A stretch of DNA of 64,000 bases from Desulfatiglandales bacterium. GTDB taxonomy: Bacteria > Desulfobacterota > DSM-4660 > Desulfatiglandales > HGW-15. Shown in pieces: positions 19,987-29,487 of this stretch. The position numbers and the translations under genes are program-made. Location of the stretch: positions 1,376,001-1,440,000 of the forward strand of contig CAXXJJ010000004.1 in NCBI GenBank assembly GCA_963667015.2, given 5' to 3'. How positions within the stretch are numbered: position 1 is the stretch's first letter; each line of letters begins with the position of its first letter. The notes under the pieces were generated by a model that was not told where the DNA came from, searched no databases, and was given only the letters and a program-made list of their open reading frames with translations.

Positions 19987-20244
19987 ATGGAAAATGTTAC
20001 AATCTATACTACACTGGTTTGCCCCTACTGCGTAAGAGCCAAAAAACTCCTCGAAAAAAAGGGAGTCGAATATAAAGAATTAAGGGTGGATCTCGACCCG
20101 GCACTTGTACAGGAGGCCATCGAAAAAAGCGGCGGCTTGAAGACTGTACCTCAAATATTTATCGGGGATTATCATGTGGGAGGGTGTGATGAACTTTATG
20201 CACTTGAAAGGGAAAATGAACTGGACAGCCTGCTGGGGATATAA
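19987..20244 (+). CDS. grxC: Dithiol glutaredoxin (GrxC type)
   Basis: MENVTIYTTLVCPYCVRAKKLL, TVPQIFIG, GGCDEL. Start moved to the ATG at 19987 after CAGGAA. Confidence 0.92.
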   Translation: MENVTIYTTLVCPYCVRAKKLLEKKGVEYKELRVDLDPALVQEAIEKSGGLKTVPQIFIGDYHVGGCDELYALERENELDSLLGI

Positions 20245-20356
20245 AACAGTGTATTGTGATTCTATATTATTTTATTCACATTAAAATGCTGCTTAATCAT
20301 TTCTCAATACCATATTGTCACATACTACCCAGTTCCAGCCTGGCATAGAGAATTGA

Positions 20357-22798
20357 TCACTGATCGGCAGTGTTTTCATCCAGAACTTTTCGGATAGCAT
20401 CTGCCATCTCCCTCACAACTATCGGCTTCAAAACAAAAGCGCTTATGCCTATCTCTATGGCTTTGCGCCTGTCTATCTTATCACTGAATCCTGTACATAA
20501 AATAACAGGTATTCTGCTTTTAATTGCCATTATTTCTCCTGCCAGCCGCTCTCCAGTCATATCAGGCATGGTCATGTCTGTGATAACAAGATCAAACATC
20601 TCCGGGCTGTTGCGGAATAATTCAAGTGCTTCGATACTGCCTGTTCTTGCAGTTACTTTATAACCAATTTTTTCAAGCATTTTCTTTGTTACACCAACAA
20701 CACCCTTTTCATCATCCACAAGAAGAATCCGTTCATTTCCTTTTGGTATATCTGCTTTATCTTCATAAGTATTGTTAAGTTCTACATCAGTTACAGGGAT
20801 ATACACATGAAAGACTGTTCCTTGGCCGACTCTGCTTTCAACAGTTACATCTCCGCCATAGTTTTTGGCGATGCCATGAACGGTTGCCAGACCTAATCCG
20901 GTTCCTTCTCCCACCTTCTTGCTCGTATAATAAGGCTCAAAAACTCTATCGATTATCTCGGGAGATATTCCGGTCCCATTATCTTTTACAGACAACTTTA
21001 AATACCGGCCGGATTTCAAACCAGGCAGGACGTTTTCTTTTTCTATTGAAATATCTTCATTGTGCAGGGTTACCTCTAATAATCCGCCTTTCTCTCTCAT
21101 GGCATGGGCGGCATTTGTACAAAGGTTCATCACTATCTGATTAAGCTGTGTAGGGTCTGCGAGAATCGTATCCTGATCTGCGCTGTTATGATACTGGATA
21201 TCAATACTGGTGGGTATGGTAGAGCGCAGGAACTTTATGGCTTCTTTTATAACAGGGGATGTCTTTAATACAATCCTGCTTTCTGAGCCTTTTCGTGCAA
21301 AAATTAAAATCTGTTTAACCAGATCCCTGGCTCTCAAAGCTGCTGCATAAATTTCTTTCATACTGAGCTGCAAGGAAGGATTTGATTTGAGGTCATCTAT
21401 AGCCATCTCAGCATGCATAATAATCGGGGAGAGAATATTATTAAAATCATGTGCTATTCCTCCGGCCAGTGTTCCGATGGATTCCATTTTCTGAGACTGG
21501 CTTAAAAGCGACTGCAGTCTTTCTCTTTCCATCTCCGCTTTTTTACGTTCGCTGATATCTCGAACAATGGCCCACATACCCGTACTTTTACCACGGTTAT
21601 CTTTTAAAAGAAAAGTATGCAGCTCTACCGGAAATATTGATCCGTTTTTATGTATATACTCCTTCTCGTAAATATCCGAATACCCGACTATCATAACCTG
21701 TTTTTCAATTATCTCTAATTCCAGCTGATGCCATTTTTCCGGTGTCAGATTATTATATGACAGTTTTTGTAATTCTTTTAAGGTGTATCCAACCATTTCA
21801 GTAAATGACGTATTTGCATCCTGGATATTGCCGTCCATATCAACACTTGCATAGGCATCCCTCATTGAATCGAACAGCTGGCGATATTTTACTTCACTTT
21901 CTTTCAATTGACGGGTTTGTTTTTTTACCTGATACCTGAGAGACTTTACCCAGACTATTAAAAGTTAAGCGATACAAACAGATAATAAAATTGAAAAGAG
22001 AAGCCACTTTGGAATAACGTTCTTTTTAAAATGTTCCCCGGCTAACCAGTAATTAAGAGTTTCATAGTAAAAAGAATTTTTGTCGGCTTTCCATTTTAAT
22101 AGATACGAGTCCACGGTTGTAATCAGTGTATCTTCACCTTCAGGGGCACCGAAATAAATGGCAAAAGGGCTGAAAATAATGGAACTTTCAACTAGATTAT
22201 ATTTTCCGGAGTTCATTAGACCAAATATATTGGGAACTACTCCTCCAAAAGCCTTCTCTTCTTCAACCTGCTGCAGTACATCGTAATGAGACTGGCACTC
22301 GATAAATGAACATTCAATGTCAAACTGCTCTATTGTTTTCCTGAAATTGACCCCACTGATATCGCCTTTCATAATGGCGATAGTCTTACCTTCTAAATCA
22401 AGGATATTTTTAACTCCGGAACCAGGCCTCACATATACCATACCCCAGACTGTTACAACTGATTCATGGTTGTAGTCAATCAGCCTGTCCCGCTCCTCTG
22501 AAAAGGCAATGGAAGGTAATAAATCAATCTCGCCGTTCTTAACCCTGCTTAATCCTTCATCCCATGTTCCAGAAACATAAGTAACACTCCATCCTTCTTT
22601 CTGAGCAATATACTCTATGATATCAATATATATTCCAGATGGTTTTCCAGTCTCATCAATAAAGTTCATGGGGCTGAACGGGAAAATACCCATTTTTACT
22701 TCACGGTTCTCGGCAGCAATGGAGCTGAATGGTACTATCAGAGAAAATAAGATGCAGTAAAGTGACAGACGCAGGATTTTTATTTTATTTGAAGGCAT
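20357..22798 (-). pseudogene. Hybrid sensor histidine kinase (periplasmic SBP family 3 - TM - PAS - HisKA - HATPase - REC) interrupted by one in-frame TAA at 21965-21967
   Basis: ORFs 21965-22798 and 20357-21907 are in the same frame; the junction reads ...SILLSVCIA*LLIVWVKSLRYQVKKQTRQLKESE...; H-box GGIAHDFNN, GTGLGL, receiver LLVDDE...ITDMTMP. Confidence 0.8.
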
Positions 22799-23207
22799 TT
22801 ATTACTTCGTTTTACGTTAACAGTATATATGGTTATCAGTAGTCCAAAGGACCGAAAATCGATAATACTTGTAAAACAGTAATTCTGAAAAAAATAAGTT
22901 TTATTTTTGATTTTATCTATCATAAATTCAAGTGATTTAAAACAAGGTTCACAGTTTGTGATTATTTGCTCCATGTTTATAATACCTTGGAACCCAAAAC
23001 AGGCGTCAGATATCAGAAGAATAACAGGGATTTAGTTGATAAAAATGAATTACCCAGCCGCAAGCTACAATGCATTAGACCTTGCGCTTCGCAATAAATT
23101 CAAAAAGGAAAAGAAGTCTGATACCAGATGTGGGAGGTCAGGCTGAAAAAGACTGTTATTTCTCGCACCAGCGGTACGAGTTTTTTCTGTCCCTCGTATG
23201 CCTTAAA

Positions 23208-23666
23208 CTATTTGGTTGTGGATGAATTATTAATGATTTTTTCGTGCTCAATCTTGATGCATCTGTCCATGACAACTGTTGCACCGGCCTTGACAGCCTT
23301 TTCCCCTGCCTCACGATGATATATTCCAAGCTGCATCCAGATAACCTTGATGCCCTTATCCAGGGCCTGATCAACCGCGTCAGTAACACGTTTTGCGTTC
23401 AGAAACAGGTCGGCTACATCTACATCAAAGGGAATCTCTGAAATACCGGGATAACATTTTGCGCCCAGGATCTCTTTCTGTCCGGGATTGACAGGAACAA
23501 TCTCGTATCCATGTTCCATTAGATACTTTGCAACCCTGTTGCTCGGCCTGTCCTCCTTGGGAGAAAGGCCAACAACTGCTATTTTTTTTACTTTCTTAAG
23601 AATTTCCCGGATCTCTTCAGGTGAGGGGTTGATATCATCTATAAAAGATTTATCATCACTGCTCAT
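23208..23666 (-). CDS. CoA-binding protein (YccU-like)
   Basis: KIAVVGLSPKEDRPS, PVNP, WMQLGI, MDRCIKIEH. Confidence 0.92.
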   Translation of the reverse strand: MSSDDKSFIDDINPSPEEIREILKKVKKIAVVGLSPKEDRPSNRVAKYLMEHGYEIVPVNPGQKEILGAKCYPGISEIPFDVDVADLFLNAKRVTDAVDQALDKGIKVIWMQLGIYHREAGEKAVKAGATVVMDRCIKIEHEKIINNSSTTK

Positions 23667-23965
23667 TTTATTATCTCATTTACCTTTTTAACCTTATCGG
23701 AAAACTCCATTGCCTTTCGGGCACCGGGAACCTGATTCAATACATGCCTTTTCAGTCCACTTTCAATCAGCCCCGGGCTTTTTTTTTCCTCTTCAGGCTC
23801 CTCTGCTTTTTTTGCAGGATCACTGTTGATCTCTTTTTTGATGTTTTTGAATTCGCGTACAGCGCCGCCAAGGCCTTTTCCTATTTCGGGTATTTTTCTT
23901 GCACCGAACAGGATCAGTATAATTACGGCAATAATGATTAATTCAGTAGCTCCAAGTCCAAACAT
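23663..23965 (-). CDS. tatA: Second TatA/TatE-family subunit with an extended C-terminus
   Basis: MFGLGATELIIIAVIILILFGARKIPEIGKGLGGAVREFK; 4-nt overlap with the downstream gene. Confidence 0.88.
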   Translation of the reverse strand: MFGLGATELIIIAVIILILFGARKIPEIGKGLGGAVREFKNIKKEINSDPAKKAEEPEEEKKSPGLIESGLKRHVLNQVPGARKAMEFSDKVKKVNEIIK

Positions 23966-23981
23966 TTTAATTCCCTTTTAA

Positions 23982-25037
23982 TTATTTTATAAACTCGATA
24001 GCCGGGTCGTTTTCTTCCCGTGCCTCAACTGAGCCGATATGATACGCGGTCTCTCCCATGGCCTTCAGACGCAGCAGCACCTCACTACAGTCTTCTTCAC
24101 TTACAACTATCACAAGGCCAAGACCATTATTAAAGGTCCTGAGCATATCTTCCTGAGGAACATCTCCGGCCTTCTGCATATACTGGAAAACCGGTTGTGG
24201 CGTCCAGCTCGATGTATTAATCACAACCTTGCACTGGGCAGGAAGAATCCTTGGCAGATTTTCAGTAAGACCGCCGCCTGTAATATGGGAAATACCATAC
24301 ACCCTGAATCCCCTTCTCAGGTTACTTACGGTCCGGGTATAGATTCTTGTAGGTGTAAGCAATTCTTCGCCAAGGGTCTTTCCGAAATCTTCCACATAAT
24401 CTTCCACCTTCATCTTCAGCTCTTCAAAGAATATCTTTCTTACAAGACTGTACCCATTGCTGTGAATCCCGCTTGAACTTATACCTATAAGCTGATGTCC
24501 AAAGGCAATCTCCGATCCGTCAAGGAGAAGATCGTTATCTGCAATACCGGTTACAAACCCTACAAGATCATACTCTCCTTCATCATAAAATCCCGGCATT
24601 TCGGCTGTTTCGCCCCCGATAAGAGAGCAGTTTGCCTCCATACAACCGGCAGAAATTCCCTTAACGATATCAACACATTTATTAACATCAAGTTTACTCA
24701 TAGATATGTAATCCAGCATAAAAAGCGGGGAAGCCCCCTGAACAACAATATCATTCACGCACATTGCCACAAGGTCTATGCCTATTGTGTCATGCTTGTC
24801 CATGAGAAAGGCGATCTTCAGTTTTGTACCAACCCCGTCGGTTGATGCTACAAGTACCGGATTTTTCATATCCTGGGACTGCAGAGAAAAGAGTCCTGCA
24901 AACCCCCCTATATCGGTAATTACGTTTGATTTAAAGGTCTTGCCTACAATGGGCTTGATAAGGTCTACAAACCTGTTTCCGGCATCTATATCAACGCCGG
25001 CTTCCGAATATCTGTCCTTTTTCTTTTTAATAGTCAT
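23982..25037 (-). CDS. purM: Phosphoribosylformylglycinamidine cyclo-ligase
   Basis: YSEAGVDIDAG, TDGVGTK, GGETAEMPG, SSGIHSNGYSLVR, HITGGG. Confidence 0.98.
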   Translation of the reverse strand: MTIKKKKDRYSEAGVDIDAGNRFVDLIKPIVGKTFKSNVITDIGGFAGLFSLQSQDMKNPVLVASTDGVGTKLKIAFLMDKHDTIGIDLVAMCVNDIVVQGASPLFMLDYISMSKLDVNKCVDIVKGISAGCMEANCSLIGGETAEMPGFYDEGEYDLVGFVTGIADNDLLLDGSEIAFGHQLIGISSSGIHSNGYSLVRKIFFEELKMKVEDYVEDFGKTLGEELLTPTRIYTRTVSNLRRGFRVYGISHITGGGLTENLPRILPAQCKVVINTSSWTPQPVFQYMQKAGDVPQEDMLRTFNNGLGLVIVVSEEDCSEVLLRLKAMGETAYHIGSVEAREENDPAIEFIK

Positions 25038-25165
25038 TAATTATTTCCCGCCAATCTGGATATATTTATTTTTGTAAATTGGTGACCAGTGATAAGATAA
25101 TTTTAAAAAAATAAACTTAAATACTGTGTCAGATACCCTGTTTTGTCAACAGTTTTCTTGCTTTA

Positions 25166-26137
25166 TTATTCACGGATAAACACCTTGAGGAACATGTCAC
25201 CCCTCATATTACCCGCCATTGTTTTTCCCATGCCCCTTAACCGCAGAATCGAACCATTTTTTATTCCTGACGGTATGGTAACCCGGAAGAGCCTTCTTTG
25301 AAAACCCCATGGAATATTGACAAGTTTTCTGGTCCCGTATCTTGCCTCGGAAGGACTTATCACAATATCTCCATTCAGATCGGGGTTTTCAGGAGTACTC
25401 AAGGTCCTGATAACCTGCAGACCGGGTGTACCTTTTTTTGAAGTGACGGTCCTCAGCTTCTGGTTTATGCCTGATCTGGGAACACCTAAAAACATCTTTA
25501 AGAATAAAATGCCCGCAACAAATCCCCCGATATGAGCCCACCAGGCTATTCCTCCGCCGCCGGCAGATGACCCTGCGGCACTTAAAAACTGCATAAGAAA
25601 CCATAACCCCAGGAATACATAGGCAGGAATCTCTAAAAAAAACGGGATGAAAATAATGGGGATCAGAGTAAGTATCTTTGAATTGGGGTAAGAAATCATA
25701 TAGGCGCCCATTACTCCGGCTATTGCACCGCTTGCACCAATAGTGGGGACAGGAGAATTCAGATTAAGCGACATGTGAAAAAGCCCCGAGGCAATACCGC
25801 ACAGCAGATAAAAGGCAAGGTATCTGAAGTGACCCAGCCGGTCTTCTATATTGTCACCAAAGATATACAAAGACCACATGTTTCCCAGGAGATGCCAGAA
25901 ACCGCCATGAAGAAACATAAAGGTGATAAGAGATATGGCCTTATCTCCAAAGCTGTAACGAACGCCGTAAAATGAATGGGTAAAATGGGCAGGTACAAGA
26001 CCAAACCTGTTTATGAATTCATTAAATCCGCTGCCCTGGGCAAGCTGAAGGAGAAAGAAAAACACATTTACAGCAATAATAGTGTTATTTACGATCGGGT
26101 AATTTTTTGAACTGACAGTATCTCTAAGGGGTATCAT
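25166..26137 (-). CDS. Rhomboid intramembrane serine protease fused to a C-terminal DnaJ_C-like domain
   Basis: FLHGGFWHLLGNM, GASGAIAG (catalytic Ser), AHIGGF (catalytic His); tail DLNGDIVISPSEARYG...VTIPSGIKNGSILRLRGMG...GDMFLKV. Confidence 0.88.
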   Translation of the reverse strand: MIPLRDTVSSKNYPIVNNTIIAVNVFFFLLQLAQGSGFNEFINRFGLVPAHFTHSFYGVRYSFGDKAISLITFMFLHGGFWHLLGNMWSLYIFGDNIEDRLGHFRYLAFYLLCGIASGLFHMSLNLNSPVPTIGASGAIAGVMGAYMISYPNSKILTLIPIIFIPFFLEIPAYVFLGLWFLMQFLSAAGSSAGGGGIAWWAHIGGFVAGILFLKMFLGVPRSGINQKLRTVTSKKGTPGLQVIRTLSTPENPDLNGDIVISPSEARYGTRKLVNIPWGFQRRLFRVTIPSGIKNGSILRLRGMGKTMAGNMRGDMFLKVFIRE

Positions 26138-26430
26138 ATATAGTTTCCAGTCTCATAAAATAGTTTTTAATACCAGAAACCTGATCCATACTCCAACAGA
26201 ATTTCTGCTTCACAAAATCTGTAGTATTTAACAGACTGAATTCTCCTCATTAAAAATAATTCAGGGTAGTGTAAGCAACAGGCACTTACCAAAGTAAACA
26301 CATGAATTTTATTGACATTTTTCATATATTTTTAAATAGTTATTAATTTCGTGTAGAATTTATTCAGGTTGTTGTCGTTACAGGTAATATCTGATATACA
26401 TGGTCACATTTACAACATTGTTGGAGAAAA

Positions 26431-27714
26431 ATGGAATACGACTCATTTGATCAGAGTTTCATCGATAGCCTTTCAGGCATATCAAATATCGGCCGGTATG
26501 TAATAACAAATAAACTGGGCCGGGGTGCGGCAGGAATTGTTTATCTTGCCAAAGATCCATATATTAAAAGAAATGTTGCTATCAAAGTGGCCCAGACCTC
26601 AACGGATAAAAGAAGGGAAAGGTTTCTTGTTGAAGCACAGTCTGCCGGTCAGTTTAATCACCCTAATATTGTATCCATCTATGATGTTGGCGTACAGGAC
26701 GACTTCTGCTACCTTGCAATGGAATACATCGAAGGAAACACACTGGAGATGTACTGTGACAAGGACAACCTCCTGCCTGTTCAAAAGGTTATCGAAATAA
26801 TTCTCAGCCTCTGCAGTGCTCTTGATTACAGTCATAAAAGAAATGTCATTCACAGGGATATAAAACCGGCCAACATAATGCTTGATTCTGACGGCACAAC
26901 AAAAATAACCGATTTTGGTGTAGCCCAGATGACAGAAAGTACGGCTGTATCCGGTATTTTCGGAACGCCAAGCTACATGTCCCCGGAACAGGTTACTGAG
27001 GAGTCTATTTCACCCCAGAGTGATATCTTTTCAGTAGGATGTGTCCTGTATGAACTGTTGACTGGAGTTCAGGCCTTTCCCGGTGAAAATAATTTTGCTA
27101 TTATTTACAAGATAACAAGCACTGAACCCCAATCAGTTTTATCCGTAAGACCTGACCTGCCTGAAATTTTTGAGAGTATTATTGAAAAGGCGGTTGCTAA
27201 AGATCTTTCCAAACGATATCAGAGCTGCACAGCACTGGCATATGACCTCAGAGTGGCGTTAAGAGGAGTATCAGGATCGGCAGTAACCAGCGACAAGATA
27301 AAAGACGTTGCGGATTACATTCACCACCTCAAATTTTTTCAGAATTTCACCTATAATGAAGTCAGGGAGATAGTATCTCTAAGCCAAATCATCAAGGTCA
27401 GCAGTGGCAATGCCATTGTATCAGAAGGAGAAATAGATGATACATTCTATATCCTGATGAGCGGTAAGGCCAAGGTTGTAAAATCCAGCGATATAATAGC
27501 AACTATGGCGGCAGGTGACTGCATCGGAGAGATGGCTCTTATAGGCGGTCAGAGCAGGATAGCCGATGTTCTGGCTGTGACAGACTGTATACTCTTAAAA
27601 ATCAGTTCTTCGTTACTTGATAACGCATCGGATTCGCTGAAACATCTTTTCTTTAAAAACTTTGCCATTACCCTTGTTCACAGGTTGTCAATATCATCCA
27701 GGAAGGAAACATAA
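26431..27714 (+). CDS. Hanks-type Ser/Thr protein kinase with a C-terminal cyclic-nucleotide-binding domain
   Basis: LGRGAAGIVY, VAIK, HRDIKPAN, TDFG, GTPSYMSPE; C-terminal EGE...FYILMSG...GEMAL...RIADV. Confidence 0.92.
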   Translation: MEYDSFDQSFIDSLSGISNIGRYVITNKLGRGAAGIVYLAKDPYIKRNVAIKVAQTSTDKRRERFLVEAQSAGQFNHPNIVSIYDVGVQDDFCYLAMEYIEGNTLEMYCDKDNLLPVQKVIEIILSLCSALDYSHKRNVIHRDIKPANIMLDSDGTTKITDFGVAQMTESTAVSGIFGTPSYMSPEQVTEESISPQSDIFSVGCVLYELLTGVQAFPGENNFAIIYKITSTEPQSVLSVRPDLPEIFESIIEKAVAKDLSKRYQSCTALAYDLRVALRGVSGSAVTSDKIKDVADYIHHLKFFQNFTYNEVREIVSLSQIIKVSSGNAIVSEGEIDDTFYILMSGKAKVVKSSDIIATMAAGDCIGEMALIGGQSRIADVLAVTDCILLKISSSLLDNASDSLKHLFFKNFAITLVHRLSISSRKET

Positions 27715-27723
27715 TATATAAGT

Positions 27724-29484
27724 TTAAATATTAACCCTTTTTACCTTAACAAACTTTTCGAGCTGTTCCCTGTAATGAGGATTATTATTTCTGTCGCGCA
27801 TAATAGCTTCTTCTTCTAATTTTACGGCCATTTCATTATCACCGTTTGCCCAGTAAGCCTCGGCAAGGGTATCCAGAAATTCCGGTAAACGCTCCAGCTC
27901 AACAGCTTCCTTTGCAAGCATAAAACCTCTTTTTATATCCTTGACACCCGGATCATCTGTTGTAAGAAGAATCCATGCCAGATTATTAAGCACTGTGGGC
28001 TGCTTTCTGTCCTGTGAAAGTAATTCTTCATAGATTTTAACTGCTTTATCCGGATGTTTCTCCATCTGTTCAGTAATTAAACGAGCCGACAGCTGGTTGC
28101 TGATATTTACTTTAACCGGTGTCATGTATAAAAGATATGAAAGAGAAAAAATCACTACAAGATAGAGCATAATCGAATTCAGCAGCATACGACGGTGCCG
28201 GATTATTACTCCGGGATCGCGGAAGCTCTTCTTCAGAAAATCGACACGTTGACTTATACTGAAATGATGCCAGTTTGGCACATCCCTTATCTTACCGCTC
28301 AACAGGGCGATCTTTTCAAGAGAACTTATTATCGGAGAAGGATCTCCTACTGTAAGGGCTGCAAATGTATCTGCCTGCCGTTCAAAATTCCTCATAAAAA
28401 AGCCCATAATAAAACGGAAATAGATAATAAGGGAAAGCAGCATCGGAACGGCAAAAAGAATAAAATAGAGACTGTCAGACATGAAATCGCCGGGGATCTG
28501 GAAAGCCAGATATCCCATTACAGTAAAGTAGAATTCAGGATCAAAAAATCCCAGGCTCAGAATGAAATAACCCAGGAACAACAGGGATAAAAGTACCTGA
28601 TGATAATATTTTGCATGGCCGGCTTCATGGGCCATTACAGCATTAAGCTCGGATGTATCGAGCACCTCCATGAGTGACTCAGTAATAAGGATATAACGGA
28701 ACCTTGGGATAACCCCCATGATCCCGGCTGTCATCATCTTTCCCCCGAGAAGAGGCCAGTTCACAAGCTTTCTGTACCTGAACCCCATGTCCCTGAAAAA
28801 GTTTCTGATACTCTCTGCTTTAGATGAACTCTCAATCGGCCTGCAGCCCCAGAAAAACTGGACAAGGACAGGCAAAAAGACAATAGCAATACCAAGGAAT
28901 ATTCCAAAAAATAAAATCTGCCCGGCCGGCTGATCAAGAAATGAATTAAATTTTGGCCATGGACTCAATGCAAGAAGGTCCAAACCGGATGAAAGAAACA
29001 GCCATGGCAGGACAACAGGCAGGTTAAGCCTTATATTCCATAAAATAAAAGCCTTTTTCTCTATATCTGCATTAAAGATGATTCTATAGGCAGGATGGGC
29101 AAAATACCATATGGTACTCAGATATAATATGAATACTATTATTGCAGACAATCCCTGAAAGATAAATACATTGCCTGCCAGGGGGATGCTTTCAATCAAG
29201 GCCTTCAGGTTAAATACAAAAACATCCAGACTGAAAATCAGGATAGAAACCAGGGACAGCCTGAGGACAAGACGGTTATACATGGCGGCATAACCAGAAC
29301 CCGAACCCTTTTTATACAGGCTGACGATCCGTTTAAATCCGATCCGGCAGGACAGAACAAGAATAAACCATAAAAGAAGTATCATTGAGATACTGTTGAG
29401 AAAAGGCTCGGCTTGATCCCTTTCGCTCTGTCCTGTGGTGAAGACAAGGAGAACGATAATGAAATAGATTATATTATTGAACAT
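27724..29484 (-). CDS. M48-family membrane zinc metalloprotease with C-terminal TPR repeats
   Basis: Several TM helices, AHEAGH zinc motif, ERQAD, NNLAW...LDTLAEAYW TPR. Confidence 0.88.
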   Translation of the reverse strand: MFNNIIYFIIVLLVFTTGQSERDQAEPFLNSISMILLLWFILVLSCRIGFKRIVSLYKKGSGSGYAAMYNRLVLRLSLVSILIFSLDVFVFNLKALIESIPLAGNVFIFQGLSAIIVFILYLSTIWYFAHPAYRIIFNADIEKKAFILWNIRLNLPVVLPWLFLSSGLDLLALSPWPKFNSFLDQPAGQILFFGIFLGIAIVFLPVLVQFFWGCRPIESSSKAESIRNFFRDMGFRYRKLVNWPLLGGKMMTAGIMGVIPRFRYILITESLMEVLDTSELNAVMAHEAGHAKYYHQVLLSLLFLGYFILSLGFFDPEFYFTVMGYLAFQIPGDFMSDSLYFILFAVPMLLSLIIYFRFIMGFFMRNFERQADTFAALTVGDPSPIISSLEKIALLSGKIRDVPNWHHFSISQRVDFLKKSFRDPGVIIRHRRMLLNSIMLYLVVIFSLSYLLYMTPVKVNISNQLSARLITEQMEKHPDKAVKIYEELLSQDRKQPTVLNNLAWILLTTDDPGVKDIKRGFMLAKEAVELERLPEFLDTLAEAYWANGDNEMAVKLEEEAIMRDRNNNPHYREQLEKFVKVKRVNI

Positions 29485-29487
29485 GCC

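Noticed and set aside
21965..21967. Stop-codon recoding in the split kinase
   Set aside because: The codon is TAA, not TGA or TAG, and lies in a TM helix; nonsense mutation or sequencing error is more likely.
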